DNA of 64,000 nucleotides from a bacterium (GTDB taxonomy: Bacteria; Electryoneota; Electryoneia; Electryoneales; Electryoneaceae), in the NCBI GenBank assembly GCA_963675295.2, contig CAXXKJ010000002.1:4475757-4539756 (forward strand), written 5' to 3'. Numbering within the stretch: the first letter of the stretch is position 1; every line of letters starts with the position of its first letter. The notes under the pieces are model-generated. The model was given only the letters and a program-made list of their open reading frames with translations, was not told where the DNA came from and did not search any database. The position numbers were made by a program, and so were the translations under genes. Shown here piece by piece: positions 10,478-23,768 of this stretch.

Positions 10478-11722
10478 ATGCGGATGAACGGTTGGGCCGT
10501 TGTGGCGGTGGGGTGTGTGCTGCTTATGGCAGTGCAGGCAGGAGCGTACGAGGTCGGCCATGTCACCCGTGACTGGTACGACGCCGAGCGGGACATCTCA
10601 GTCGGGGTCGAGGTGTATTACCCGGGGACAGAAGCGGGCAACAATGTCCCGGTGGCGATTCCACCGGAGGGTGGTTTCCCGGCGATCGCGTTCGGGCACG
10701 GCTACCTGATCCCGTGGAGTGATTACAGCTACATCTGGGAAGAGCTGGTGCCGGAGGGGTACATCCTGCTGATGGCAACCGGCCGTAGCGGACTTTTCCC
10801 GGATCACGAGCAGTTCGGCCTCGACCTGGCATTCCTGGTGGACGAGATCTTCGAGCGCAGCATGGACCCGGAGTCCGGCTGGTACGAGAAGATCAGCACG
10901 AAGAGCGCGGTGATGGGCCATTCGATGGGTGGCGGCGCGAGTGTGCTGGCGGCGTCGTACAACCCGGAGATTGATGCGGTGATCAACCTCGCGGCGGCGG
11001 AGACGAATCCGTCTGCAATCCAGGCGGCGTCGTCGGTGGATGTTCCAATGATGCTGTTGGCTGGGTGGAATGACTGCGTCACACCGCTCGAGGATCACCA
11101 GCTGCCGATGTACGGCGCGCTTGCCTCGGGGACGCGTGCCCTGATCAACCTCGACGGCGCGACCCATTGTCAGTTCTGCAACTACAATTTTACCTGCGAG
11201 CTGGGCGAATTCTCCTGCCCGGACCCGGAGATTTCACGTGAGGAACAACACGCCCGGGTGATCGAATTCAGCCTGCCATTCCTGAACTATTTCCTTTACG
11301 ATGAATTGGCGGCGTGGGCTGAGTACCGTGAGCAGGTGGAGACCGGCGTGGGGTTCGATTACGCGTTCGAAACCGATGTCCCGTTGTTCCTGATTGACGT
11401 GCGCGCGAATGAGGAACCGGTCTTGATTCCGTCGGACGGTGGCGAGGTGGAGTTCACCTTCGAGCTGGCGAGTTCGCGTGGCGCGATGACCATGGGGTCT
11501 GCGTGGCTGACGATTCAGATGCCGAACGGGAACGTGATCGGCCCGCTCGGATTCCAGAGCCTGACGCTGCCGCCATACTTCACGATCGAACCGATGGCCG
11601 GATCGCAGGACATTCCCGGCCCCGCGCCGGACGGACAGTACGAGTTCCGCGTCCAGGCGGGACGGTATCCGAACCTGATTGTCGCGCAGGATACTCTGGT
11701 CGTGATCAAGGGGGATGAATGA
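10478..11722 (+). CDS. secreted alpha/beta hydrolase (chlorophyllase/cutinase-like) with C-terminal beta-rich domain
   Basis: Signal peptide; FGHGY, GHSMGG nucleophile elbow, NDCVTP, GATHCQF; start adjusted to MRMNGW. Confidence 0.8.
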   Translation: MRMNGWAVVAVGCVLLMAVQAGAYEVGHVTRDWYDAERDISVGVEVYYPGTEAGNNVPVAIPPEGGFPAIAFGHGYLIPWSDYSYIWEELVPEGYILLMATGRSGLFPDHEQFGLDLAFLVDEIFERSMDPESGWYEKISTKSAVMGHSMGGGASVLAASYNPEIDAVINLAAAETNPSAIQAASSVDVPMMLLAGWNDCVTPLEDHQLPMYGALASGTRALINLDGATHCQFCNYNFTCELGEFSCPDPEISREEQHARVIEFSLPFLNYFLYDELAAWAEYREQVETGVGFDYAFETDVPLFLIDVRANEEPVLIPSDGGEVEFTFELASSRGAMTMGSAWLTIQMPNGNVIGPLGFQSLTLPPYFTIEPMAGSQDIPGPAPDGQYEFRVQAGRYPNLIVAQDTLVVIKGDE

Positions 11723-11723
11723 A

Positions 11724-11777
11724 GCATCGGATGCGAATGATGCAACAGATGCAAAAGACGCAACTGATGCAACTGAC
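11724..11777 (+). repeat. degenerate 9-mer tandem repeat (GCAACTGAY-like x6)
   Basis: gcatcggat gcgaatgat gcaacagat gcaaaagac gcaactgat gcaactgac directly after the stop codon. Confidence 0.8.
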
Positions 11778-11824
11778 GTAGTGTTTTTACTGCATCACGC
11801 GTTGGATAAAGACGAGATAAAAGC

Positions 11825-11854
11825 ACGGGGACACTTTCGGAAAAGTGTCCCCGT
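11825..11854. repeat. REP-like palindrome, GGGGACACTTT family
   Basis: ACGGGGACACTTT-cgga-AAAGTGTCCCCGT. Confidence 0.85.
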
Positions 11855-11897
11855 ATTGGTTTACGAGAGACAAAAGACCAGAGACGAATGACTGACC

Positions 11898-13256
11898 TTA
11901 CACCTCAACGTCCTTCCAGTCCCCGCTGATAAACTTGCGGGTGTAGAGCAACGCGATCATGCCGATGTAGACCAGCATCGCGACCCAGGCACCGACCAGC
12001 CCGAAGCCGAGCGGGTAGGCCATGATCCACGCCAGCGGCAGGAAAACGAACCAGTTGACGCTGATTTCGGTCAGCATCACGTAGCGGTTGAGCCCGACTC
12101 CCTCGAACGCGCCACTGAAGACGATCCCCATGGCGTCGATGGTCTGGATCACACCCATCATCCGCAGTGGGAACGTTCCGAGGCGAATCACATTCGCATC
12201 GGTGGTAAACAGGCTTAGCAACTGCTCAGGGATCGCGATGAACATCAGGCCGACAACACCCATCACCATCATCCCCAACTGAGCTGCGGTCCACCCGTAG
12301 GTTTGAGCGGCGTCCGGGTTTTTCTCGCCCAGTTTCTGGCCCATCAACGTGGCGGCAGCGGTGCCGAAACCGACACCGGGCAGGAACGAGATTGACATGA
12401 TGTTGATAATGATGTTCGTCGCCGCCATCTCGGCCGTGCCGATCCGAGCGACAATCGTGCTGAAAAGCGTGAACCCGAGCATCGCCAGCATGATTCGTGC
12501 GCCGGACGGCAGCGACAGCCGGAGAATGCGTCCCATCACTTCGCGGTTGATGTTCGTCCGCTGGTAATACTTGAACTCATCGCGTCGCTTGAAGAGCGTG
12601 CCTGTGCTGATAAACGCGGCCATGCCGATCAGGGTGCCGATAGTGCTCGCCAGTCCCGCCCCGGCGGCTCCCATTTCCGGGAAGCCGAAGTTGCCGAAGA
12701 TGAACAGGTAGTTGAACAACACGTTGAACCCGTTCACGGTGAGCATCGCGCGCATCGAAAATTCGGTCCGGCCGATGCCGTCGAAGAACCCTCGATGCGC
12801 CATGATGATCAGGTATGGCAGCAGCGCGAAGAGGCGGTAGAAGACGTACTCCCGTCCCATCTCGATCACAGCGGCGTCGTGCGTGAACAGCGGAAACGCT
12901 GTCCGCAGGGCGAATTGCGCGACGATCGTCATCAGTGTGCCGAGCACCAACGCGATCAGGATCGCGTTGTCGAGCGCCCGGCCGGCGTAGAGCAGGTTCT
13001 TCTCGCCGTAGCGGCGGGAGACGATCGCCTGCACGCCGATGTGCAGCGCGCCGATGCCACCCATCACCATCCACGAGACGACACCACCGAGCCCGGTCGC
13101 GGCCAGTGCGGACGCGCCGATACGGCCCACCATCGCGGTGTCAACCACGCCGACGAGGGTTTGCGAAATCATCCCGACTACCACCGGCCAGGCGATTAGC
13201 CAGGTGGTGCGGTAGCGACCATTGTAAAGTTGTTCAGCAGTCTGTATCTGTTGCAT
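11898..13256 (-). CDS. MATE family efflux transporter
   Basis: VDTAMVGRIG, LFIFGNFGFPEMGAAGAGLAS, GQKLGE motifs; two-repeat membrane protein; start MQQIQ. Confidence 0.93.
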   Translation of the reverse strand: MQQIQTAEQLYNGRYRTTWLIAWPVVVGMISQTLVGVVDTAMVGRIGASALAATGLGGVVSWMVMGGIGALHIGVQAIVSRRYGEKNLLYAGRALDNAILIALVLGTLMTIVAQFALRTAFPLFTHDAAVIEMGREYVFYRLFALLPYLIIMAHRGFFDGIGRTEFSMRAMLTVNGFNVLFNYLFIFGNFGFPEMGAAGAGLASTIGTLIGMAAFISTGTLFKRRDEFKYYQRTNINREVMGRILRLSLPSGARIMLAMLGFTLFSTIVARIGTAEMAATNIIINIMSISFLPGVGFGTAAATLMGQKLGEKNPDAAQTYGWTAAQLGMMVMGVVGLMFIAIPEQLLSLFTTDANVIRLGTFPLRMMGVIQTIDAMGIVFSGAFEGVGLNRYVMLTEISVNWFVFLPLAWIMAYPLGFGLVGAWVAMLVYIGMIALLYTRKFISGDWKDVEV

Positions 13257-13655
13257 CGTTCCATCAAGTTTTGCAGGTCCAGGGTATAGCTCACCGCCGT
13301 ACAGAGATGTGCAGCGAGGCATCGAGAGGGGAGGCTCTGTGCCGCGGGAAATCCTGGAAACTCAATGGCGATCCCGGCGAGGTGCCGGTGTCGGGGGAAA
13401 GGGTGTGCTGGGAATCAGCGCGACCCTAAAGGGAGCAACCGTGGCTTCCGGCGGCGTTCAGCCGACCAGACGATTCATCAAGTGGGTTCGTACGATGTTC
13501 ATGGTTCACGCTCCCGGCGTGGTGAAATGTCGCATGGCGACGAAAACTTGTATCTGAAGTTGGGACAGTGGCCAGACAACGGGCGGAAAATGTAGACGCT
13601 TGACGATGATAAAATCCAGAGGGTGACTCGAATTGGCTCCCGGGGCTCTTGGTAG

Positions 13656-13775
13656 GTGTGAGGTGTGAGGTTTGAGGAAGTTGGCCGTGTCCGACAAGCA
13701 GACACGGCCATAGGTAGTTCACAATTCGTATTTCACATCTCACATCTCACATCTCACATATCAGATCTCAGATCA
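13656..13775. repeat. composite repeat: (GGTGTGA)n, palindrome TGGCCGTGTC..GACACGGCCA, (TCACATC)n
   Basis: Heptamer runs in opposite orientations flanking a hairpin at 13682-13710. Confidence 0.75.
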
Positions 13776-13779
13776 CGAG

Positions 13780-14577
13780 TCACTTCTTCTTCTTCCCCAT
13801 CAGGCGTCCGAACAGGCCACGGCGGCGTTCTTCGGATTGTTTATCGTCTTCCGAGAAGTTGAACGTCGACTTCTTGGAGTCCTTCTCCTCCGGTCCGAGC
13901 AGCAGGTCGGTGATGTCTTCGCGTCCTTCTTCAACATCATCACCGGCCATCAGCGAGCTCTGCGGCGGTTTATGATCGTAGCTGTACTGTCCGGTGAACG
14001 CGCGCGGAATTGGCGGTTGTTCCGGCAGGTTGCGGTTGATCAGGATACGCACCGCGAGGAACATCCGGTAGCCCGTATCCGGTTCGGAGTCGAACAGGTT
14101 TCGCACCGGACGGTCGAGCGCTTTCGCCATCGGTTCGAACGGTTCATCCCCCGGTGGAGGCAGGATCAGGATCGGTGTCTTTTTCAGCTCACTGCCGACA
14201 CGCTTGAGCATCGTGTCATATTCCACCAGACCCTGCTTGCCGAGCTCGAGATCTTCAGAGATGAAGAACGCCAACCCGCGGCAATCCTTCAGCAGCTTGT
14301 CCCACGTCGACGCGGCCGGATCATCAGACGCCGGGCACCACAGGTGCGCGGTGACGGCGTTCTTGAACGACGTTTCCGTCAGCCCGTAGCAGTAGAGTTC
14401 CATGTGCCACAGGGTGTCGTTCCCGTGAGTGACGGTTTCCAGTTCGCCGCGGAACCGTTCCGGAGTCAGCTCATACAGCTTCTTGAATGCCAGCCTGGCG
14501 GCGGGCAGATTGGTGCCGGCAAAGACAACATTCAGAGTTTCGATCTTCGGTTTCTCACTGCCGCCATTGGCGCTCAT
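13780..14577 (-). CDS. hypothetical protein resembling a degenerate MglA-like small GTPase
   Basis: RBS GGAAGAGG; colinear similarity by eye to MglA segments, but no GKT or NKxD motif. Confidence 0.6.
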   Translation of the reverse strand: MSANGGSEKPKIETLNVVFAGTNLPAARLAFKKLYELTPERFRGELETVTHGNDTLWHMELYCYGLTETSFKNAVTAHLWCPASDDPAASTWDKLLKDCRGLAFFISEDLELGKQGLVEYDTMLKRVGSELKKTPILILPPPGDEPFEPMAKALDRPVRNLFDSEPDTGYRMFLAVRILINRNLPEQPPIPRAFTGQYSYDHKPPQSSLMAGDDVEEGREDITDLLLGPEEKDSKKSTFNFSEDDKQSEERRRGLFGRLMGKKKK

Positions 14578-14775
14578 CCCTCTTCCTCCGCAATCATCAA
14601 GCTGCTTCGCAGCAAGCAGAGTACAAAGATCGCACGCACGCAGGCAAGCATCAATCCCGTTTCACGGTGCCGGTTTCCCCGGCTCCATCCAACGATTGAA
14701 GACGCTGGCACTTTTCCGCGTGTACCGCGTACCCTGTACAGGGAATGTCACCCTCAAACGATACGCGAGACAAGC

Positions 14776-15684
14776 ATGAAAATCCTGATAACTGGTTCCA
14801 GCGGTCTCATTGGCGGTGTGTTGATGCAACGTTTGGCGGCGGACGGTCACGAAATCGTTCGCCTGATTCGCCGGCCGGTCCGTGATCCGGAGCATGAGCT
14901 GCGCTGGTCACCTCGCCATGGCCGGATCGACCGGGATGGCGTCGCGAACGTGGACGCCGTGATCCATCTCGCCGGCAAGAATGTCGCGGCGGGACGCTGG
15001 AACGACCGTCTCAAGCAGGAGATCCAGGACAGCCGTGTCGAGTCGACACAGCTGCTGGCGAACACGATGGCCGAGCTTCGCAGGGAAGGCCGCGGACCGT
15101 CAATTCTGCTCAGCACCTCGGCGACCGGGTTTTACGGTAGCCGTGGGGACGACACGCTGACCGAGTCCGCCTCCCCGGGCGAAGGATTCCTCGCCGATGT
15201 GTGCATGGACTGGGAGGATGCGACCAAACCTGCGCGGGATGCTGGTGTGCGTGTCGCAAACCTGCGGTTGGGCGTGGTGCTCACCCGTGATGGCGGCATG
15301 TTGCCGAAGCTGGAACCGATATTCCGGCTCGGGCTCGGCGGTCCGCTCGGAGACGGCCGGCAGTGGTTCCCGTGGGTGCATGTGGACGATGTCGCCGATG
15401 TCTTTGCGTTTGCGTTGACGGAGGACTCGCTCAGCGGACCGGTCAATGTCACCGCGCCAAATCCGGTGCGTCACGGGGAGTTTGTCAAGGCATTGGGCAA
15501 GGTGCTGAACCGCCCCACGGTCATCCCGGTCCCGGCGCCACTGGTCGAGTTGGCGATGGGCAAAGAAATGGCGCGCGACATGGTGCTGGCGTCCCAACGT
15601 GTAATCCCGGCGAAGCTTGTCGAACACGGGTATGCGTTCCGCTATGCGCAGGTGGACGAGGCGTTGCGGGCGGCGGTGGGGTAA
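14776..15684 (+). CDS. TIGR01777-family NAD-dependent epimerase (YfcH-like)
   Basis: MKILITGSSGLIG, IHLAG, SRVEST, GLGGPLGDGRQWFPWVH, GPVNVTAPNPV. Confidence 0.92.
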   Translation: MKILITGSSGLIGGVLMQRLAADGHEIVRLIRRPVRDPEHELRWSPRHGRIDRDGVANVDAVIHLAGKNVAAGRWNDRLKQEIQDSRVESTQLLANTMAELRREGRGPSILLSTSATGFYGSRGDDTLTESASPGEGFLADVCMDWEDATKPARDAGVRVANLRLGVVLTRDGGMLPKLEPIFRLGLGGPLGDGRQWFPWVHVDDVADVFAFALTEDSLSGPVNVTAPNPVRHGEFVKALGKVLNRPTVIPVPAPLVELAMGKEMARDMVLASQRVIPAKLVEHGYAFRYAQVDEALRAAVG

Positions 15685-15687
15685 ATC

Positions 15688-15780
15688 GGACTGTGGGCAG
15701 TGGGCTGTGGGCAGTGGGCTGCGGGCAGTGGGCAGTGGGCTGTGGGCAGTGGGCTGTGGGCTGCGGGCTGCGGGCTGCGG
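15688..15780 (+). repeat. heptamer tandem repeat (GGGCWGY) about x13
   Basis: Visible run directly after the stop codon. Confidence 0.9.
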
Positions 15781-15787
15781 AAGCGCT

Positions 15788-15817
15788 ACTTGCCACGGAC
15801 TTAAGTCCGTGGTAAGT
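15788..15817. repeat. 30-bp near-perfect palindrome (GCCACGGA/TCCGTGG family)
   Basis: ACTTGCCACGGACTTAAGTCCGTGGTAAGT; related copy at 34811-34839. Confidence 0.75.
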
Positions 15818-15826
15818 CAGGTGGTA

Positions 15827-15938
15827 GTCATCCTGACGTCGCAGGCGGAAGGACCTGCTTTCCAGACCGTTGAGAGTGTGCCAGCGCGGAAATGATTCCG
15901 GTAAGTCCTGCCAGATTCTTCACTTCGTTCAGAATGAC
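15827..15938. mobile_element. MITE-like palindromic element (GTCATCCTGA...TCAGAATGAC)
   Basis: Imperfect terminal IRs gtcatcctga..gaaggacct / agattcttc..tcagaatgac, resembling a widespread short repeat. Confidence 0.55.
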
Positions 15939-16049
15939 ACCCTTCAGTACATCGTCATTCAAGCAATAGAGAAATGGCCGTATCGGCATGAATGCTGACA
16001 CGGCCATGTTGTTTCACTGACTACTGATCACTGACAACTGACCACTGTC

Positions 16050-17231
16050 TTAGTTCACCATCTTGATACTGGCGTCCAGTTTCGGATCGGTGATCGGCAC
16101 TGCCGGGTGTTTCGTGAAGTTCATCCAGAACAGCCAGACGAAGATCCCGCCCATGCCGAGCAAGGTGGTCAGGTCCATCCACGACAGCACCACGGTTTCG
16201 GTGTGGAAGACCGGCATGATGTTCCAGTACAGGTCGACCCAGTGGACGAGGAACATCCAGACGGCGAACGTGATCAGGGATGCGCTCGACCGTTTCGCGC
16301 TCCGTCCCATCAGCAGGATGAACGGTATCACGAAACCACCAATGATCAGAATCCAGCTCATCGTGGTCCAGCCCGCACCCCAGCGATCCTTGTAGAAGGC
16401 GGTTTCTTCGGGCAGGTTTGCATACCAGATCAGCAGGTACTGACTCAGGTGCATGTAGCCCCAGAAGACGAGGAACGCGAACAGCAGCTTGCCGATATCG
16501 TGCTGGTGTTCGACGGTGATCGTTTCGCTGAGCACGTTGTTGTTCCGCAGGCGCAGCACGACGATCGAGTAGAACGCCATAACGGTGGTAATCCCGCCGG
16601 CGAAGAACCACAGGCCGTAGATGGTGGAATACCACAGCGGCTGCAGGCTCATGATCCAGTCGAAGCAGAAGAAGGTGGCGGTCAACGCGAACGCGATCAT
16701 GCCGGGGCCGCTGATGACGACGAACTTCTTCGCGCGTTCTTCGGTCCACTGCTTGTCCTGCGCGAGCGAGGTCCGTTTCAGCAGGAACGCGAGCAGCGCC
16801 CAGACCGCGAAGTAGATCACCGAGCGCACGATGAAGAAGGGCACACTGAGGTAACCGGCTTTCTTCGTCAATGCGACATCGGCGGCGACGTGGTTCGCAT
16901 CGGTCCAGATGAACAGCTTATCGAGCCCGAACAGCAGCGGAATCGCGAGCAGTGTCATCCAAGGGAGCGCACTCATGACCGCCTCGCCGATCCGTCTCAC
17001 CGCAACACTCCACACTGCACTGGTGAGGTGATGGACCATGGTCATGAACAGGCCACCGAGGCCAATGCTGATCCAGAAGGCAAAGGCGATCAGCCACGAG
17101 AAGTAGAACTGCCCGGCATTCACGAACAGGCCCACCAGGCTCACCGCCAGCCCGATGACGCCAACGATCAGCGCGATCTTGCCGGTGTTGCCCTTGTCCG
17201 TGAAAGTGTATGTGGTAGAATCGAACTTCAT
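16050..17231 (-). CDS. actF: alternative complex III subunit F
   Basis: Polytopic NrfD paralog; DWIMSLQPLWYSTIYG, LLIWYANLPEE; last gene of the act operon. Confidence 0.88.
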   Translation of the reverse strand: MKFDSTTYTFTDKGNTGKIALIVGVIGLAVSLVGLFVNAGQFYFSWLIAFAFWISIGLGGLFMTMVHHLTSAVWSVAVRRIGEAVMSALPWMTLLAIPLLFGLDKLFIWTDANHVAADVALTKKAGYLSVPFFIVRSVIYFAVWALLAFLLKRTSLAQDKQWTEERAKKFVVISGPGMIAFALTATFFCFDWIMSLQPLWYSTIYGLWFFAGGITTVMAFYSIVVLRLRNNNVLSETITVEHQHDIGKLLFAFLVFWGYMHLSQYLLIWYANLPEETAFYKDRWGAGWTTMSWILIIGGFVIPFILLMGRSAKRSSASLITFAVWMFLVHWVDLYWNIMPVFHTETVVLSWMDLTTLLGMGGIFVWLFWMNFTKHPAVPITDPKLDASIKMVN

Positions 17232-17275
17232 TTCGATCCCTTGTTCTGCCCCGGCGGAAGTTCCGGGGGCTGGTC

Positions 17276-17896
17276 TCACTCGAAACGGTCCCGTTGTTCC
17301 TCGGGCACATCACTCACCGATCCGGCCTGGCTGCGCTGCAACGCACGGACATACTGCACGATCTTCCAGCGATCTTCGACCGGAATCTGGTTCGCATAGC
17401 CCGGCATGTTGCGGATGCCGTTGCTGATCACGTCGTAGTAGTGCCCGTCAGGACGGCTGAGCAGCGGCTCTTCGTGATAGCTCGGCGGCAACTGGTACTG
17501 CTTTTCGACCATGATCGACCGGCCGGAACCATCGGAAGCGTGACACACGGCGCAGTAGATCTCGAAGCGTTCCTTGCCCCGTGCGAGGCTGGTCGCGGAA
17601 ATCGACACCGGGATGTAGTCGATCGGTTCATCGGTGCCCGGCTTCATGCCGCGGAAGTACGGATCGTCTTCCGGCAACCGCATTTCGCCACGCGCGATCG
17701 TGCCTTCCACCGGCGAACGGTCCGATTTGCCATCGGCGAAGAACTCGCTCTCCGCCTGCGGCAGGAATTTCGGCTGGTTGTCCATGTTCGGGTTGACATG
17801 GATCGGCGGCTTATCCTTCGGCTTGCCCTGGCAACCGAGCATGGCAACGGCGAATACGAGGATCAGAGCCGCGCGGATGAGAGTACGCACTGTCAT
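17276..17896 (-). CDS. actE: alternative complex III subunit E (monoheme lipoprotein cytochrome c)
   Basis: Lipobox MLGC; NMDNQPK; single CAVCH; NMPGY. Confidence 0.9.
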   Translation of the reverse strand: MTVRTLIRAALILVFAVAMLGCQGKPKDKPPIHVNPNMDNQPKFLPQAESEFFADGKSDRSPVEGTIARGEMRLPEDDPYFRGMKPGTDEPIDYIPVSISATSLARGKERFEIYCAVCHASDGSGRSIMVEKQYQLPPSYHEEPLLSRPDGHYYDVISNGIRNMPGYANQIPVEDRWKIVQYVRALQRSQAGSVSDVPEEQRDRFE

Positions 17897-18465
17897 TTCT
17901 CCTCCAGCAGCTCAATGTTCGTCCCGCCGATGCTCCGCAGAAAATCCTGTGTCTTCTGCGCATCGAACTGCGGATCTTTCGCCATCACGCTGATGAAGAA
18001 TCCGTCATCACTCGCCCGGTCGAAGGTGTCCGAAAAGAACACCGGGTGGTGGTACGCCTGCTTGATGAAAAAGGTCATGCCGATCACGGTGCTCAACACG
18101 GAGAACAGCACCGCGAACGCGAAGGTGATCGGAAAGAACGCCACATGGCTGAACAGTGGCTTCCCGGACAGCACCAGCGGGTAGGCCTCCGCCGAGGTCC
18201 ACCACTGCAGGGTGAGCGCGCCTGCAAACCCGACGAAGGCGAAGAACGCGACCACCCACGGGAGTTTTGATCGTTTTTCACCCATCGCCCCGTCCATACC
18301 ATGGATCGGGAACGGGCTGTGTGTATCCCACTTCGTGAACCCGGCATCACGCACCTTTTCGGCGGCATGCATCAGGTCCGCGGGATCCTTGAACTGGGCC
18401 AGCGCCCCATGCACGACTGGAGTGTGCGCCGCGCCGGCCACGGCTTCATTCGCCGCCATCGTCAC
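17893..18465 (-). CDS. actD: alternative complex III subunit D (DUF3341)
   Basis: [25 protein letters not shown] motifs; operon position. Confidence 0.9.
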   Translation of the reverse strand: MTMAANEAVAGAAHTPVVHGALAQFKDPADLMHAAEKVRDAGFTKWDTHSPFPIHGMDGAMGEKRSKLPWVVAFFAFVGFAGALTLQWWTSAEAYPLVLSGKPLFSHVAFFPITFAFAVLFSVLSTVIGMTFFIKQAYHHPVFFSDTFDRASDDGFFISVMAKDPQFDAQKTQDFLRSIGGTNIELLEEK

Positions 18466-19880
18466 GCCTCCTTTTCCGTTGCATGGTGATAGCTCTCGTG
18501 GTGCGGATCAGCCTCCGGCATCACGCCCTTCACCTCCGCCATCGCAACCATCGGCACGAAGCGCAGGAAGAGCAGGAACAGGGTGAAGAAGAGGCCGAAA
18601 CTGCCGACGAGGAAGCCGATGTCGAACGCCGTCGGCTTGAACATGTCCCAACTCGACGGCAGGAAGTCACGGTGCAGGGTCAGAACGATTACGAACCGTT
18701 CGAACCACATACCGATGTTGACGAAGATCGAGGCGACGAACAGCACCGGGATCGAGGTACGCAGCTTCTTGAACCAGAACAGCTGCGGGATGATCACGTT
18801 GCACGAGACCATGATCCAGTAGGCCCAGGCGTACGGTCCGAATGCGCGATTCAGGAAGACGAACTGTTCGTACCCATTCCCCGAATACCACGCGATGAAC
18901 ATCTCCATGCCATACGCGTACCCGACCATCATGCCGGTCAGCATGATCACCTTCGCCATCAGCTCGAGGGTTTTGACGGTGATGTAATTTTTCACCGGCG
19001 GGTAGACAAGTCTGGCAAGAATCCCCAACGTCATCACCATCCCGAAGCCGGAGAAAATCGCGCCGGCGACGAAATAGGGCGGGAAGATGGTGGTGTGCCA
19101 ACCAAAGACCATCGAGGTCGCGAAGTCGGTTGAAACGACGGAGTGCACAGACAGCACCAGCGGTGTCGCGATGCCCGCGAGCAGCAGGTACGCGGCTTCG
19201 TAATGCTTCCACTGGGAGTTGCCGCTGCGCCATCCGAGGGCGAGGAAACCGTAAATCTTCTTCGGCCAGCCCTTGGCGCGGTCACGGAGCGTCGCCCAGT
19301 CCGGGACGAGGCCGGTGTACCAGAACAGCAGCGAGGCGGTGAAGTACGTTCCGACCGCGAACACGTCCCACATCAGCGCGGAACGGAAGTTCGGCCACAT
19401 CGCCATCTGGTTCGGAATCGGGAACATCCAGTAGGCGACCCAGATACGGCCGACGTGGATGCCCGGGAAGATGCCGGCGCAGATGACCGCGAAGATGGTC
19501 ATCGCCTCCGCGAAGCGGTTGATCGACGTTCTCCATTTCTGCCGCAGCAGGAAGAGGACGGCTGAGATCAACGTGCCGGCGTGTCCAATACCGACCCAGA
19601 AGACGAAGTTGACGATCGGCCAGCCCCAGCCGACCGGAACGTTGTTGCCCCAGATTCCGACGCCGGTCCAGAACAGCCAGGCCATCTGGATGAAGAACGC
19701 TCCCGCCATTGAGACGGAAATGCCCAGCGCCACCCACCACCAGATCGGCGTGTCGCGTCGTTCCACGATCCCGCTGATCTGGTCGGTAACGTCATGGAAA
19801 CTCGGGTTCCCGAGGACGAGTTTCGGCGGTTTCCATTTCTGGACCGTCGCACTCGTCGATGTTGAAGTCGTCGCGCTCAC
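18462..19880 (-). CDS. actC: alternative complex III subunit C (NrfD family)
   Basis: [55 protein letters not shown]. Confidence 0.95.
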   Translation of the reverse strand: MSATTSTSTSATVQKWKPPKLVLGNPSFHDVTDQISGIVERRDTPIWWWVALGISVSMAGAFFIQMAWLFWTGVGIWGNNVPVGWGWPIVNFVFWVGIGHAGTLISAVLFLLRQKWRTSINRFAEAMTIFAVICAGIFPGIHVGRIWVAYWMFPIPNQMAMWPNFRSALMWDVFAVGTYFTASLLFWYTGLVPDWATLRDRAKGWPKKIYGFLALGWRSGNSQWKHYEAAYLLLAGIATPLVLSVHSVVSTDFATSMVFGWHTTIFPPYFVAGAIFSGFGMVMTLGILARLVYPPVKNYITVKTLELMAKVIMLTGMMVGYAYGMEMFIAWYSGNGYEQFVFLNRAFGPYAWAYWIMVSCNVIIPQLFWFKKLRTSIPVLFVASIFVNIGMWFERFVIVLTLHRDFLPSSWDMFKPTAFDIGFLVGSFGLFFTLFLLFLRFVPMVAMAEVKGVMPEADPHHESYHHATEKEA

Positions 19881-19995
19881 GGGGATGCGTTGTCTCCGTT
19901 TACGGATGCGATCACGATGGATCTATCGTTGCTGACTTGTTTGTGTAATCATCCGCGTCTGCAGGCAGACACGGGCACGTTCGTTCAGGTACGTC

Positions 19996-23120
<3,125 letters not shown>

Positions 23121-23133
<13 letters not shown>

Positions 23134-23768
23134 GCGCTGCAGTCCTCCGGTGGCTGAATGTTCTTGTCCGTTTTCCACTGAGCGACGAATTCGGCATGAT
23201 CCGTCGGTGGGGTCCATTGCATGTTGGTGATCTCACTGACAGGACGCAGCTTGTCGTCCGGGTTGCGGTGACACTCGAGGCACCAGCCCATGGAGAGAGG
23301 CTCGACCTGGGTGACGACCTCCATCTCGCGCACGTTTCCGTGGCACTCGATACAGCCAACCCCGGCCTGAATGTGTGCCCCATGTGTGAAATAGGCGTAA
23401 TCGGGAAGCATGTGGACCCGCACCCATTCGATCGGTTCGCCGGTGTTCCAGCTTTCACGGACCGGCGCAACCTTGGGGTTGTCGATCCCGATCAGGGTGT
23501 GGCAATTCATGCACGTTTCGGTGCTGGGGATGTTGGCATGTTCGGCCACTTCCACATTGGTGTGGCAGTAGCGGCAGTCCATGCCGAGGTCGCCGGCGTG
23601 CAGCTTGTGGCTGAATTTGACCGGTTGCTCCGGACGATACCCGACGTCGGTATACTTCGGAGAACCCCAGTACCAGAAGAAGAAGGTCGCGAACGCGAGG
23701 AACAGTACGCCGCCCATGGCCAGCTCGGGCAGGATACGGTTCATCCGCTTCGAAAAGATCTGCGCCAA
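23121..23768 (-). CDS. actA: alternative complex III subunit A (pentaheme cytochrome c)
   Basis: Five CxxCH motifs (CRYCH, CMNCH, CIECH, CLECH, CSACH); N-terminal TM helix. Confidence 0.95.

Noticed and set aside
13330-13655. Possible riboswitch or ncRNA upstream of the MATE gene (ATCCAGAG resembles the start of SAM-I)
   Set aside because: Wrong strand for the MATE gene and the rest of the consensus is missing; an Infernal/Rfam scan would be needed.
13837-14775. N-terminal extension of the 615-aa ORF
   Set aside because: It overlaps the opposite-strand gene; the real protein starts at MKILITG (14776). Similar over-extended starts were trimmed for several other ORFs.
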